In this document: in pieces, positions 1 to 11,867 of the stretch
Position numbering within the stretch: position 1 is the first letter of the stretch
Layout: the number at the start of each line of letters is the position of its first letter
From: Malacoraja senta
Taxonomy: Eukaryota
Assembly (NCBI GenBank): GCA_038087875.1
Contig: CM075988.1
Span: 10,108,001 to 10,172,000 of the forward strand
Reading direction: 5' to 3'
Length of the DNA: 64,000 bases
Position numbers and translations under genes: made by a program
The notes under the pieces: model-generated
Told to the model about the DNA's origin: nothing
Seen by the model: the letters and a program-made list of their open reading frames with translations, nothing else
Databases searched by the model: none

Positions 1-450
1 TGATGTCATTCAGCGCCGGAAGCTCTCCCAAACCGCAACTCCACGATGTTGGAGCTCTCCCAAACGCTGGAAGCTCTCCAAAACCGCAGCTCCACGAGCT
101 CCAAACGGCGATCCAGGTCGGCATCGCCCGCTCCGCCCACTCCGCGGTGAATCCAGCGCCGCGCCGCCGCTGTTGCAGCTCTGGTCCAGTTCCCAGTCAC
201 CGGCAGGAAAGGCCGCTCCGATCCAGGTGGTAGGCCGCGAGGAGGGGGGCGAGGACGCGACTTGGAGAAATAGTCGCGTCCCCGCCAGGAAGCGACTGGG
301 AAACAGTTTCCCCCTTACCCTACCCCCCTCCCCCACATAGAAAAGTTAAAGTTTCCCCCCAAAACAAACATTAAGCTAACTAAAAATTAAAAAAAGTTGG
401 AAAAAACGAACAGGCTGCAGGCAGAGGCTGCCCTCAGTGTAGCGCCCCCT
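1..450 (-). mobile_element. 5' part of a GC-rich non-autonomous retroposon, same family as 13142-13985; cut by the window start
   Basis: The reverse complement starts AGGGGCGCT, then a T-rich TTTTTAGTTAG tract, a G-rich AAGGGGGAAACT block and CCTCGCGGCCTACCA...GGAGCGG...TTTCCTG, in the same order as in 13142-13400. GGAAGCTCTCCCAAAC-like tandem units lie at 18-105. Confidence 0.6.
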
Positions 451-1425
451 GTTGCTGACTTTGATGTTTGTTGGGTGAAAACTAGAAGTTGGTGTGACTT
501 GGGTGGGGGAGGGATAGAGAGAGAAGGAATGCCGGGATTACTTGAAGTTAGAGAAATCAAAATCATACCACTGGGCTGTAAGCTGCCCAAGCAAAATATG
601 AGATGCTGCTCCTCCAATTTGCATTTAGCCTCACTCTGACAATGGAGGAGACAGGACAAAAAGGTCAATGTGTGAATGGGAAAGAGATTTGAAGTATTTA
701 GCAACCTGGAAATCAGGAAGGTTCAGGCGGAATGAGCAGAGGTGTTCAGTGAAACTATCGCCCAGTAGTCTCGCCGGTGTATAAGAGTCCACATCTTGAA
801 GATGATGCAACTAAACTTCTGCCATAACCTGAAAGGACAGTCGGGGCCCTGGACAGTCGAGCTAGGAGATATAGGGGCACATGTTGCATCTTCTGCGGTT
901 GCAAGGGAAGGTTCCTGGGGAGGGAGGGGTTGCGTGAGAAGGAATGAGTTAACCAGGGAGTTGCAGAGGGAACGGTCCCTGTGGAAGGAGGAAAGGAGTG
1001 GTGATGGGAAGATGTGACTAGTGTTGGGATCCTGTTGGAGGTGGCAAAAATGTTGGAGGATTATGTGGTGTAAGCAATGGCTGATGGGGTGAAAGGTAAG
1101 GACTAGGAGGGACTTGCCTCTGTTGAGAATAGGGAGAGGGGGAGCAAGGGGTGAGCAAGGGGGGAGCTGCGGGGTACCGAGGAGACATGAGTGAGGGGTT
1201 CATCTATGATGGGAGAAGGGAACCCCCAGTTCCCTAAAGACTTAGGACTTCTCGGATGTCCTAGTGTGGAACACATCATCTTGGGCGTAGATGCGGCGCC
1301 GACAGAAACATTTGGAGAAGGGGATAAAGTCTTTTCAGGAAGCAGGTTGGGAAGAAGTGTAGTCGAGATGGTTGTGGGAGTCAGTGGGTTTGTAAAAGAC
1401 GTCTAACTTGACATCTACAGAAACA
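451..1425 (-). mobile_element. Penelope-like element fragment (RT C-terminus, GIY-YIG endonuclease end, 3' UTR), degenerate
   Basis: Minus-strand peptides DVFYKPTDSHNHLDYTSS and SEAKCKLEEQHLIFCLGSLQPSGM match the PLE RT thumb and GIY-YIG C-terminal patterns. Several frameshifts and stops. Boundaries approximate. Confidence 0.8.
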
Positions 1426-1479
1426 TAGATTGCCGTGCATAATATTGTGATAAATGGATGAGATTCTATAAAGTACAAA

Positions 1480-1790
1480 GTTAGGCCATTTGGCCCATCA
1501 AGTCCACCGCCATTCAATCATGGCTCATCTATCTCTCCATCCTAACCCCATTCTCCTTACTTCTCCCCGTAACCCCTGACACCCGTAGTAATCAAGAATC
1601 TATCTATGTCTGCCTTAAAAATATACATTGACATGGTCTGCACAGCCTTATGTAGCAATGAGTTCCACAGATTCACCGCCCTCTGACTAAAGAAATTCCT
1701 CCTCATCTCCTTCCTAAAGGAAAGTCCTTTAATTCTGAGTTCATGACCTCTGGTCCTAGACTCTCCCACTAGTGGAAACATCCTCTCCAC
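1480..1790 (-). mobile_element. CR1 LINE 3' fragment
   Basis: Peptide FPLVGESRTRGHELRIKGLSFRKEMRRNFFSQRAVNLWNSL (CR1 ORF2 C-terminus), followed by the GATGGGCCAAATGGCCT 3' UTR motif. Confidence 0.85.
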
Positions 1791-2969
1791 CTGTATTGGT
1801 ACACGGTTGCATTCAGTTCAAGTCTGCTGAAAGGTAAAGACACAAAGGAATTTCTAAGTATCAGAAGATTGAGGTCAGTCCACTTCCCCTCCATCGTCCT
1901 TGTGACCACATGATAAAAGTATCAGTCACAAATATCAGTCACTGGCCATTTGTTCTCAGAAATGGTTCGCGAAAGTGTACTGCGATGGAAATCTGACATT
2001 CACAACTTTTATATATTATTAACCTTTAGATATATCGGTAAATTAAAAAAAAAACACAAAAGATTGATTCTCCAGAGCTGCTGCCTGACCCGTTGAGTTA
2101 CTCTTGCACTTTGTGTACATTTTGTAAACCATTATCTGCAGTTCCTGGTTTCTACAAAAGATTGGATTATGCTTCTAAAATTATAGGCTGCTCCCCTGGG
2201 TATGAAGCATTCATAAGACAATTTTGCATATGTTCAGAAAATATATACTGCTGTTAATCTCTGTGGAGATGAATGGATTTGCTGAGCCTCCATTAGATTG
2301 TCCTGCACAAGTCAAATAGACAGACTTCTCCAATAAGCGGCTGGTAAACCGCACAGGTTCAAACCTCATTGCAAGACTCTACGCATATACCAGTGTTGGA
2401 ACACAGCTAACTTGACAGCATCTACCGTATGTGAACGGGCTTGCAGTTTCTAAACCTCATCACAGATGCAGGCATATATATCGTACCAGTCTGCTTTGCT
2501 GAAATCTCGAGACGTAGATTTTTCCCTGAGTTACATGAGGGAGCATGCCAAAAATCATTAAAGGAGCTGAGAAGAATTCTGAGTGGAATACTAAGCAGCA
2601 GATGGCGGCAATAAGGAAAAGAGAGTATTTCAGGACAGAAATGTTCCTTCACAAGAACAAGCAGCCGGCAGACAAGGTTCCCTCTGGAACGGTTGTCTGT
2701 CAGGCAACTTGATGTTTTTTTCTTTAATTAACTGCTCAAGGCATAACTAATCAATAACAATAACATATAGTTCTAATCAAGCTTCAAGGACTGTTGGGGG
2801 AAAAAAAACCTTTCACTTATTGTCATGTGTCTCTGATAGGACATTGAAATTCTTGCTTTGCTTCAGCACAACTGAACATAGTAGTCATTGACTACAAATC
2901 TATAAATATATACACACATGAATCAATATACTGATAAAGTGCAAATAACAGTTGATTGGCTAATAAAGT

Positions 2970-4841
2970 TCAGTGTTTTGTCCGAGCCAGGTTTAATATG
3001 GCTGTGGGGAAGTAGCTATTCCTGGAGCTGGTCGTTGCAGTCTTCAGGCTCCTGTACCTTCTACCTGAAGGTAGTAGGGAGATGAGTGTGTGGCCAGGAT
3101 GGTGTGGGTCCTTGATGATGCTGCCAGCCTTTTTGAGGCAGCGACTGTGGTAGATCCCCTCGATGGAAGGGAGGTCAGAGCCGATGATGGACTGGGCATT
3201 GATTACTACTTTTTGTAGTCTTTTCCTCTCCAGGGCGCTCAAGTTGCCGAACCAAGCCACGATGCAACCGGTCAGCATGCTCTTTACTGTGCACCTGTAG
3301 AAGTTAGAGAGAGTCCTCCTTGACAAACCGACTCTCCGTAGTCTTCTCAGGAAGTAGAGGCGCTGATGTGCTTTCTTAATAATGGCATCAGTGTTCTCGG
3401 ACCAGGAAAGATCTTCAGAGATGTGCACGCCCAGGAATTTGAAGCTCTTGACCCTTTCAACCATCGACCTGTTGATATAAACGGGACTGTGGGTCCCCAT
3501 CCTACTCCTTCCAAAGTCCACAATCAGTTCCTTGGTTTTGCTGGTGTTGAGGGCCAGGTTATTGTGCTGGCACCATAAGGACAGTTGCTCGATCTCTCTT
3601 CTATACTCTGACTCATCCCCATCAGTGATACGTCCCACAACAGTGGTGTCGTCAGCGAACTTGATGATGGAGTTTGCACTATGTCCGGCTACGCAGTCAT
3701 GAGTATAGAGTGAGTACAGCAGGGGGCTGAGCATGCAGCCTTGAGGTGCTCCCGTGCTGATTGTTATCGAGTCTGACACATTTCCACCAATACGAAAAGA
3801 CTGTGGTCTGAGAGTGAGGAAGTCGAGGATCCAATTGCAGAGGGATGCGCAGAGACCCAGTTCTGCGAGTTTGGTAACCAGCTTGGAGGGGATGATTGTA
3901 TTAAATGCCGAGCTGTAATCGATGAATAACAGCCTGACATATGAGTTTTTGTTGTCCAAGTGGTCCAGAGCGGAGTGGAGGGCCAGCGAGATCGCATCCA
4001 CCGTTGATCTGTTGTGGCGGTAAACGAACTGCAGTGGGTCCAGGTTTTTGTCGAGGTAGGAGTTGATCTGTGCCATGATCAACCTCTCAAAGCACTTCAT
4101 CACCACAGGCGTTAGTGCCACAGGTCGATAGTCATTGAGGCACGTCACCTTACTCTTCTTGGGCACTGGTATAATTGATGCCCTTTTGAAGCAGGTGGGA
4201 ACCTCAGGCCTCAGAAGTGAGAGGTTGAATATGTCCATAAAAACTCCAGCCAGTTGGTCCGCACAGGTTTTTAGAACGCGACCAGGTATACCATCAGGTC
4301 CAGGTGCTTTTCGAGGGTTCACCCCTCTGAAGGATTTCCTGACGTCGGACTCTGTGACTGAGACTGAAATACCATCACAGCGAATGGGGGCTCGGAAAGG
4401 CACATCAGTGTTCTCCCTATCAAAGCGTGCGTGAAACGCATTGAGCTCATCAGGGAGTGATGTTTCGCCGACATTCGAGCTGCCTCCTGATTTCGACTTG
4501 TAAGAGGTGATTGCATTCAGGCCCTGCCACAGCTGCCGAACATCTGTCTCTTCCTGCAGTTTGGAGCAAAAGTCCCTTTTGGCCTTTTTGATGGCCTTAC
4601 CAAGGTCGTATCTGGACTTCTTGTGGACCACTGTATCATTAGACATGAATGCCTGGTGTCTGTACTTCAGAAGAGTGCGGATCTCAAAGTTCATCCAAGG
4701 TTTCTGATTGGGAAATGCTTGGAAGGTTTTGGTGGGGATGCAGTCCTCCACACACTTCTTAATGAAGTCTGTAACGGCTGTGGCGTATTCGTTCAGGTCT
4801 GTTGCCGAGTCCTTGAACATTGCCCAGTCTACAGACACCAA
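2970..4841 (-). CDS. Rex1/Babar reverse transcriptase, 623-aa uninterrupted portion of ORF2
   Basis: Motifs KAPGPDG, NDYRPVALT, FIDYSSAFNTI, GAPQGCMLSPLLY, KFADDTT, FKFLGV, KAHQRLYFLRRL. The annotated start codon is not the true start; the ORF is the 3' part of a disrupted frame. Confidence 0.9.
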   Translation of the reverse strand: MVSVDWAMFKDSATDLNEYATAVTDFIKKCVEDCIPTKTFQAFPNQKPWMNFEIRTLLKYRHQAFMSNDTVVHKKSRYDLGKAIKKAKRDFCSKLQEETDVRQLWQGLNAITSYKSKSGGSSNVGETSLPDELNAFHARFDRENTDVPFRAPIRCDGISVSVTESDVRKSFRGVNPRKAPGPDGIPGRVLKTCADQLAGVFMDIFNLSLLRPEVPTCFKRASIIPVPKKSKVTCLNDYRPVALTPVVMKCFERLIMAQINSYLDKNLDPLQFVYRHNRSTVDAISLALHSALDHLDNKNSYVRLLFIDYSSAFNTIIPSKLVTKLAELGLCASLCNWILDFLTLRPQSFRIGGNVSDSITISTGAPQGCMLSPLLYSLYTHDCVAGHSANSIIKFADDTTVVGRITDGDESEYRREIEQLSLWCQHNNLALNTSKTKELIVDFGRSRMGTHSPVYINRSMVERVKSFKFLGVHISEDLSWSENTDAIIKKAHQRLYFLRRLRRVGLSRRTLSNFYRCTVKSMLTGCIVAWFGNLSALERKRLQKVVINAQSIIGSDLPSIEGIYHSRCLKKAGSIIKDPHHPGHTLISLLPSGRRYRSLKTATTSSRNSYFPTAILNLARTKH

Positions 4842-4925
4842 ACAGTCCTGGAGTTGTTCCTCTGCCCCCCCGCCCCCCCCCCCCCGACCAGCTCTGTACT
4901 GTCCTCACCTCTGGGGGTGCGCTCT

Positions 4926-5600
4926 TTAATTGCGAGGGATAGAATGATAGGCATTCTTGATGGTGGTGTAGCAGTGGTCGAGGGTGTTTGGTCCTCTGGT
5001 GCAGCAGGAGACATGTTGGTGGAAGTTAGGGAGTGATTTCTTTAGGTTTGCCTTATTGAAGTCCCCGGCTATGGTGGTGAACGCATCGGGGTAAGAGATC
5101 TGGTGTTTGTTGACCACGGCGTGCAGCTCCCCCAGTGCCAGACGGACGTCTGCCTGGGGTGGGATGTAGACCGCGGTCATGATGATGGAGGTGAATTCCC
5201 TCGGAAGTTAGAAGGGACGACACTTCACCGCCAGATGTTCGAGGTGTGGAGAGCAGGAGTTGGACAGGACTGCCACGTCTGAGCACCACGCAGAGTTGAC
5301 CATGAGGCAGACGCCCCCTCCTCTCCCTTTCCCAGATGCCAGTGTACGGTCCATACGGTGGATGGAGAAACCTTCAAGCTGGACCGCTGAGTCTGGGGAG
5401 CTGGGGGTGAGCCATGTCTCTGTGAAACAGAACACAGAGCATTCCCTCAGCTCCCTTTGATAAAGCAGCCTTGCCCTTAAGTCTTCCACTTTATTTTCAA
5501 GGGACTGTACGTTGGCCAGTAGGATAGTAGGGAGAGGGGGCCGAAGTCCCCTGCGCTTCAGTCTGACCTGATGTCCAGCACATTGGCCACGTTTCCAGAC
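4926..5600 (-). pseudogene. Apurinic-type endonuclease domain of the Rex1 element, broken
   Basis: One frame reads KRGQCAGHQVRLKRRGLRPPLPTILLANVQSLENKVEDL...KCRPF*LPREFTSIIMTAVYIPP, with one premature stop. Confidence 0.85.
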
Positions 5601-6219
5601 ACAATGGAGGCTCCCCCTTTGTTTCCAGGTGCTGAGTCTACTGTACCTGCTGTTTCTGCGGACCTGCGCTGGAACGGGGATTCCTTCACAGACGGCAGCT
5701 CCAGCTCCGTAACGAACGGGGGTTCATTCAAAGTCGGCAGCTCCAGCTTCATTGTTCCTGGGAGATCCGGCCCGTCGGCTCTGGAGGTCATCTCGGGGTT
5801 TCCAGGTACCGTACCTGGGATCCTCAGTCGGGTCGGGAGTTCCACAGCCAGCGTGGGAACATTTAAAGTCCGGGGCTCCTGCAGCTGCGGGAGATCGCAA
5901 AATTGCCAGCGCTTTCAGCTGCCCAAGCAGCTTGTCTGAAACGGCACCGATTACTGCATTTTCCCTGATGCAGGTAAGTTGATAGAAGTTGTAGGTGAAC
6001 CTTTTCTGTTCTGGTGCTCCGCAAAAGTTGCCGCTGGCAGGCGCCATCTTGGAAACATAGCATTGGTCTTGGGATTCCTGCCATGTTGGATTTGGCAGTG
6101 TTACATATGACATGTGCTGACGAGGCAGCCTGTGACATTGGTCAGTATGAAAGGCTGATATGATATCAGTGGTACCAAATAGACATCCATGCTGTATTTA
6201 ACACTATTTGTGCTGAAAT

Positions 6220-6840
6220 AGAGTCATAGAGTTATACAGCGTGGAAACAGACCCTTTGGCCCAACTTGCACACACCGGCCAATATGCGCCAGCTACACTA
6301 GTCCCACCTGCCTGTGTTTGGTCCCTATCCCTCCAAACCTATCCTATCCATGTACCTGTCTAACTGTTTCTTAAACATTGGCATAATCCCTGCCTCAACT
6401 ACCTCCTCTGGCAGCTCATTCCATACACCCACCACCCTATGTGTGAAAAAGTTACCCCTCAGATTCCTATTAAATCTTTTCCCCTTCACCTTAAACTTAT
6501 GCCCTTCTGTTCTTGATTCACCTACTCTAGGCAAGAGACTCTGTGCATCCACACAATCTATTCCTCCCATGATTTTATATACCTCTACAAGATTACCCCT
6601 CATCCTTCTGCACTCCGAGGAAGAGAATCCCAGCCTAAACAACCTCTCCCTATTAGCTCAGAGCCTCTACTCCTACGCAACATCCTCGTAAATCTAACCT
6701 GTAGCCTTTCCAGATTGACAACATGCTTCCTATAGCACGGTGCCCAGAACCGAATACAATACTCTAAATGCAGCCTCACCAATGTCTTATACAACTTCAA
6801 CATGACCTCCCAACATCTATACTCATTACTCTAACTGATG
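6220..6840 (-). mobile_element. CR1 LINE 3' fragment
   Basis: Peptides LYKTLVRLHLEYCIRFWAP and RTEGHKFKVKGKRFNRNLRGNFFTHRVVGVWNELP, plus the CR1 3' UTR. Confidence 0.85.
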
Positions 6841-6939
6841 ACTTACTTTTTCCTGAAGCTGATTCTCCTGTTGGTGATTAATTTAGGGGCTGCAGGTTGG
6901 AGTCATTTTTGAGTTAGAAAAAAGCAGAAAATGGTTAGC

Positions 6940-7241
6940 GTAGTTTAGTTTTAGTCTAGTTTAGAGATAGAGTGAGAAACAGGCCCTTCGGCCCATCGAC
7001 TCCACGCTGACCAGCGATCCCCGTACACTACCACTATCCTATACACTAGTGACAATTTACAGTGTTGACCAAAGCCAATTAACCTACAAACCTGTATGTC
7101 TTTGGAGTGTGGGAGGAAACCGGACCACCACACAGTCACAGGGAGAACATACAAACTCCATTGACAGCGCCCGTAGTCAGGATCGAAGCAGAGTCTCTGG
7201 CGCTGTAAGGCAGCATCTCAACCATTACACCACCGTGCCAC
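6940..7241 (-). mobile_element. tRNA-derived V-SINE-type SINE
   Basis: Reverse complement of the family seen at 62111-62419, with the central TTTCCTCCCACAC motif and a (CTAAA)n tail. Confidence 0.8.
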
Positions 7242-7419
7242 CCAAAACATTGGAACCATTTAGCAGTTCAGGCAGATCTGTGGAAAGGGAAACAAAGTTA
7301 TCAACCCAGCTTGGATTTTCATTGGAATGTAGGTGGCTGAGGGATGACCTTGCAGAGATTTACAAAATTATGGGAAACAGAAATACGATAGATAGTCAGA
7401 ATCTTTTCTCCCCCTTTTT

Positions 7420-7990
7420 ATGTATCAAAAATAATTAATTTTATTACAATCACGATACAAGGCCAAACCGTGGTAACACACCCACCACCATAGTGCAAAA
7501 TCGCCAAATTATCTAGACACTAAATTTTCAAACAACTGTGTTACAATCCTTACAAATACACTAAATTTTTAATACAACTATGTTACAATCCCTGTCCAGG
7601 ACCCCCGCGATGCCCAGCGGTCCTGGAAATACCCCAGGGAGCCCGTGGACACCGCGTAGTCCCGATCCAACACCACAGGTGCGGAAGTAACTCCGGAAAA
7701 GGGGCAGCCATCTGGCTCGGGCAAAGCCCTCTTCCGCAAGGCGCCGTGACTGGCGCCAGCCTGGCCAGGCTCTTTTCTCCCCTTTTTAAAATAATTTATT
7801 TAATTTCAACACGATACAAAAACCAAAACAAACCAAAACCATAGTGACATACCCATCACCATGTTACAAAATCACCAAATTATTCAGAGTCTGAATTCCA
7901 AGCAATTCCAAGTAACTACTATACAACCCCGATAAAGGGGCAAGCATCTGGCTCGGGCAAAGCCCTCTTCTGCCTGGCGTCGTGACTCCA
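7420..7990 (-). mobile_element. Two tandem 3'-end fragments of an L1/Tx1-like LINE
   Basis: The minus strand gives a degenerate LPLFRSY...VVLDRDYAVSTGSLG...QDRW peptide, an L1/Tx1 ORF2 C-terminus pattern. Both copies share TCTGGCTCGGGCAAAGCCCTCTTC and an AT-rich tail. TCTTTTCTCCCC occurs on both sides of the first copy. Confidence 0.6.
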
Positions 7991-8059
7991 TAGAACTAGT
8001 GTATGGGGATCGCTGGTTGGTGTGGACTTGGTGGGACGTGCATCTCTAAACTAAACTAA

Positions 8060-8275
8060 ATGTATCCCACACACTAGGGACAATTTACAGAGACCAATTA
8101 ACCTACAAATCGACACGTCTTTGGGATGTGGGAGGAAACGGGAGCCCCCGGAGAAAACCCACACAGTCACAAAGGAATGGGAAAACTCCATATAGTTAGC
8201 ACCCACAGTCAGGATCGAACCCAGATCCATGGCGCTGTCGGGCAGCAACTCTATCACTGTGCCACTGTGCTGCCC
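8060..8275 (-). mobile_element. V-SINE-type SINE copy
   Basis: Matches the 62111-62419 family in reverse, including the B-box complement GGATCGAACC. Confidence 0.75.
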
Positions 8276-9857
8276 CAGCAGCATCTTGCTTCCCCTGTGA
8301 GCTGACAGCAGCTGCACACAGCTCCCCAGCCAAGGGTCCAAGGTTGAACATGGTGCAATTTAGACTAAAGCAGTCAGGTGTTGGAATAGATTGCGCATCA
8401 CTGAGTGCCCAAAAATGCCAGCCTGAGGAAGGGTCCCGTCCCTCTGTGTTCCCCAGAGATGCTGCCTAACCTGCTGAGTTACTCCAGCACTTTGTGTCCT
8501 TTAAACATCAAGGTTCAATGATGTATCAGGAGTGATTGTCAAAGTTGCAGATACAAATTAATGCACAGAATTAAACATAGAAAAAATCTGGTATTAAGTT
8601 TTTTGAGGCAGTAAAAGGGACAAAGAAGATGCCTGTGTCAAATACAGTGATACAGTGTAGGCTGCACAATGTAAAATGATCATAAAATCCAATCACTATG
8701 TACAGTCATTGCTACACCTTGTGTTCAGCATTACCAGTCTGAGGATCAACTTTGTAAGCACCACCTTTCCACAAGGTGGAAGTAAATATCCTATTATCCC
8801 CAGGACGTTTTCATCTTTTCCATCATTTTTCATGGGATTGAAGTCTGGCCGTTGGGTCTGGGGGCTCCCTGGTTCTTTGTGGTCATTTGCTTCAGGTTAT
8901 GAAGCTGAATGTAATTTAATGAGGCTTCAACAGCAGCAGTGCATCCCTTAATGTATGTACAAAGGCAGAGTCTGGGAATTCTCAGCGCACTCTCATTTCC
9001 GGGTCCATCTGTTAAAGCATCATTGCCAACGAGACACGAATAGTCAGTTTCTCCTTCAACTTTAAAAGGTTTAGAAGCCACAACACTTGTTTCCGTTAGC
9101 TGATCACTCATTGAGCAGTTTGTCAAATTCCTTTCACCCACGTTGACATTGGGCGATGGGAGTTTTTTTTCCAGAAACTGCAGAAGTGTGTGTGTTTAAA
9201 ATTTATGTCATGCCCTTCATCTCAAAGGAACCGAGCAAATGTTTACATCATTTGCATGAAGTATGAACAAAATCAGGAGCTGGCCCAGATGATAAATTAT
9301 TCATTGTTTTCTTGTTTATTAGGCTGGGAACTGTATAAACGGTAATCAGCTCTGCATGAAAATCCGTAATCATTTCATTTTCATAAAACAGCCTAAAGAT
9401 GACAACATCGCAAAGATAATTGCCGCTGATCGCCATTCCTTAATAATGAATGTCTGGACATGAGCAGCTCGCTTCTAACGAGTTATATTTACCTAAATAT
9501 CCACATCACAGCCACATGGATTTTTTGCATATGGAAATTAACTTCATTGGCCAAGGGGAAATAGGGAATCAATTTATTTTGTTAATTTTGGCTTGAAGAA
9601 TAACACCGATTGTTTTCATCACTTTATTAATTTGGTTTCTTTACTCCCTTTACTATAGTTATAGAGTCATAGAATCATACAATGTGGAAACAGTCTCTTC
9701 GGCCCAACTTGCCCACATCTACACCAGTCCCACCTGCCTGCTTTGGGACAAGTGTAGATGGGACATGTTGGTCGATGTGGGCAAGCTGGGCCGAAGGGCC
9801 TGTTTCCACTATGACTCCCATGAGTGAGTTACCTCTCTTTGTTTTACCTTGGTACTT

Positions 9858-11867
9858 CATCCCAACAGCCCCAATCAGCTTTCCATGAGATAAATGAATC
9901 TGTTGTGTACCAACACCCATTCTGGGAAGATGTAATGTCTTCTGTAATATCTTGTTGTGACTAGCACAATGAATACATGTCCGACATATTGTAGGAAAGG
10001 TTTTATCTGCAATTACTGAAACTTCTAGAAGATCACTTGACCTCAGTCACGAGGCACAGGTACATTTGCCAGCTTCTGCTTTTTGCGTCAAGGGGCACTG
10101 GCATTTACATTACTTATTACATTACATTACATATACATCACATCTCCCCCTTCACTTTAATTACATCACATCCCAACAGCCCCAATCAGCTTTCCATGAG
10201 ATAAATGAACCTGTTGTGTACCAACACCCATTCTGGGAAGATGTAATGTCTTCTGTAATTATAATTCAACGTTGGGGTCAATACAAACTATTTTCAATAC
10301 TAAACAATTTAACCTTTAATCAATTTAACATGGATAACAAACTTTTTACAATACTAATATTGATGACAAAAATACAAACTTTACATCTCCACCTTCATCA
10401 TTGGGATTTCATTAACATGTACGTCGACAACATATAAATGAACATACAGTAGATTTTCCTTCATTTAATTACATCACATCTCCCCCTTCACTTTAATTAC
10501 ATCACATCTCCCCCTAATATCCACATAAGGATTTACACTAGACGCAATTAAGAGTGCTGCTGTTTTTCACTTTAACCTGAAACTCTTGAAACTCTAACAA
10601 AGGGCCTGTCGCGTTGCCTTTTTGCTGCGACTGGGAGACTGGGCCCTGCCTCTCGCTGCATCCTGACGCATCGTGTCTACTGGGGACTTGCCCCTCTGGG
10701 AGACTATTTCTGGCTTCTGGGAGACTGGCTCCTCTGTCCAGGTTTCTCACATCTGGGCATCTGGCAACAGGTCGCCTATCTACGGCTACACAGGGGTCTA
10801 TCCCCGGCTACACAGGGGTCTATCCAGGACTGGACGTCTCTATCCTGAACTTACTCTCTGCCTGGTCTCGTAGACTTGCTCCATCTAGGAGGTGGACTCC
10901 CCCTTCAAAAAAAAAACTTAGACAGTCAATACTAAACAGTCAATACAAACTATTTTTGTTCTTTCAATTTCTTGCATAATAACTCTAGGCTTCTTAACTT
11001 TTACTTCTTCACTTCTTAACTTTTCCTTCTCTGCATTTGTCCATTAGTGTCTATAAACTGTTGCTCGGGTCGTGCTGCACGCTCCGTAGCGCTCCTTGAC
11101 TCTCTCTAACATGGCGGCGGCGGTTATTGCCGCGCGGACGCGGGCTCCGATCTTTGGGCGTTGATAATTGTCCGGGGCAGCGCAGTGGCGGCCATTACTC
11201 CCTCTGGGAGAGGCCGTCGATTCCTCTGGCCATCATGGAAGGCAACCTTCTCTCCGTCTCCCGGTGCACTGCCCAGAGCTTGCGGCTGGCCGCCGGCCCT
11301 CTGTACCCGTCGTCTTTCGGCTGCGCTTCGGAGTCGGCGGCGGCGCCTGCGCTGTGGCGGTAAGTGTAGGCCTTGTCTGTCACTTCTCTGCAGCTGGCTG
11401 GCCATTCCTCTCCCTCGGGGTGGGTGTAGCCCGGCCCTCCAAACAGAGCTTCTGGACCTGCAGGGTGAGTGTGAGAAGCTGTCGAACTTCAATATTTTCT
11501 TTGCCCATTTCCTCCTGAATTCTGAAACAACATCAGGATCGTGAGGCTGATCGGCTCTGGGCCCTCCGCTGCTTTCAAGGTGAGGCAAGGCTGCGTGCTT
11601 ACTCTTCGGGCTGCCACACCTGTGTTTCTTGCTCATGTTATGTCTTCCTTAAGACCTTTTTTGTGACTAGCAGAATGAATACACGTTTGACATCTTGTTG
11701 GAAAGGTTTTATCTGCAATTACTGAAAATTCTAGAAGGTCACTTGACCTCAGTCATGAGGCACAGGTACGTTTGCCAGCTTCTGCTTTTGGCGTCAAGGG
11801 GCACTGGCATTTACATTACATATTACATTACATATTACATTACATATTACATTACATAAACATCACA
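9858..11867 (-). mobile_element. Non-autonomous element with split direct repeats (Ngaro/PAT-like A1...B1-A2-B2 layout)
   Basis: Repeat A at 11661-11867 and 9955-10142. Repeat B at 10169-10259 and 9858-9948. No RT or tyrosine recombinase is recognisable inside. Confidence 0.55.

Larger units (their letters stand above)
2811..6056 (-). mobile_element. Rex1/Babar-clade non-LTR retrotransposon, near full length, inactivated
   Basis: 5' end near TCCAAGATGGCGCC. APE endonuclease motifs (LLANVQSLENK, CFTETW, GKGRGGGV, AVYIPP, IAGDFN, NTLDHCY), then RT, then a 3' tail GAATTTCAATGT...ATGACAATAA. Lesions: in-frame TAA at 5208-5210, an apparent deletion near 4926 and a homopolymer run at 4865-4886. 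Confidence 0.9.

Noticed and set aside
2970..4841. Active LINE, retron or other bacterial RT system
   Set aside because: The motifs are those of a eukaryotic Rex1-type RT, and the upstream endonuclease has a stop, a deletion and a frameshift.
11040..11640. CpG-island promoter of a host gene (GCCGCCGCCATG Kozak on minus at ~11110-11121)
   Set aside because: That ATG opens only ~22 codons, and the region lies inside the split-direct-repeat element.
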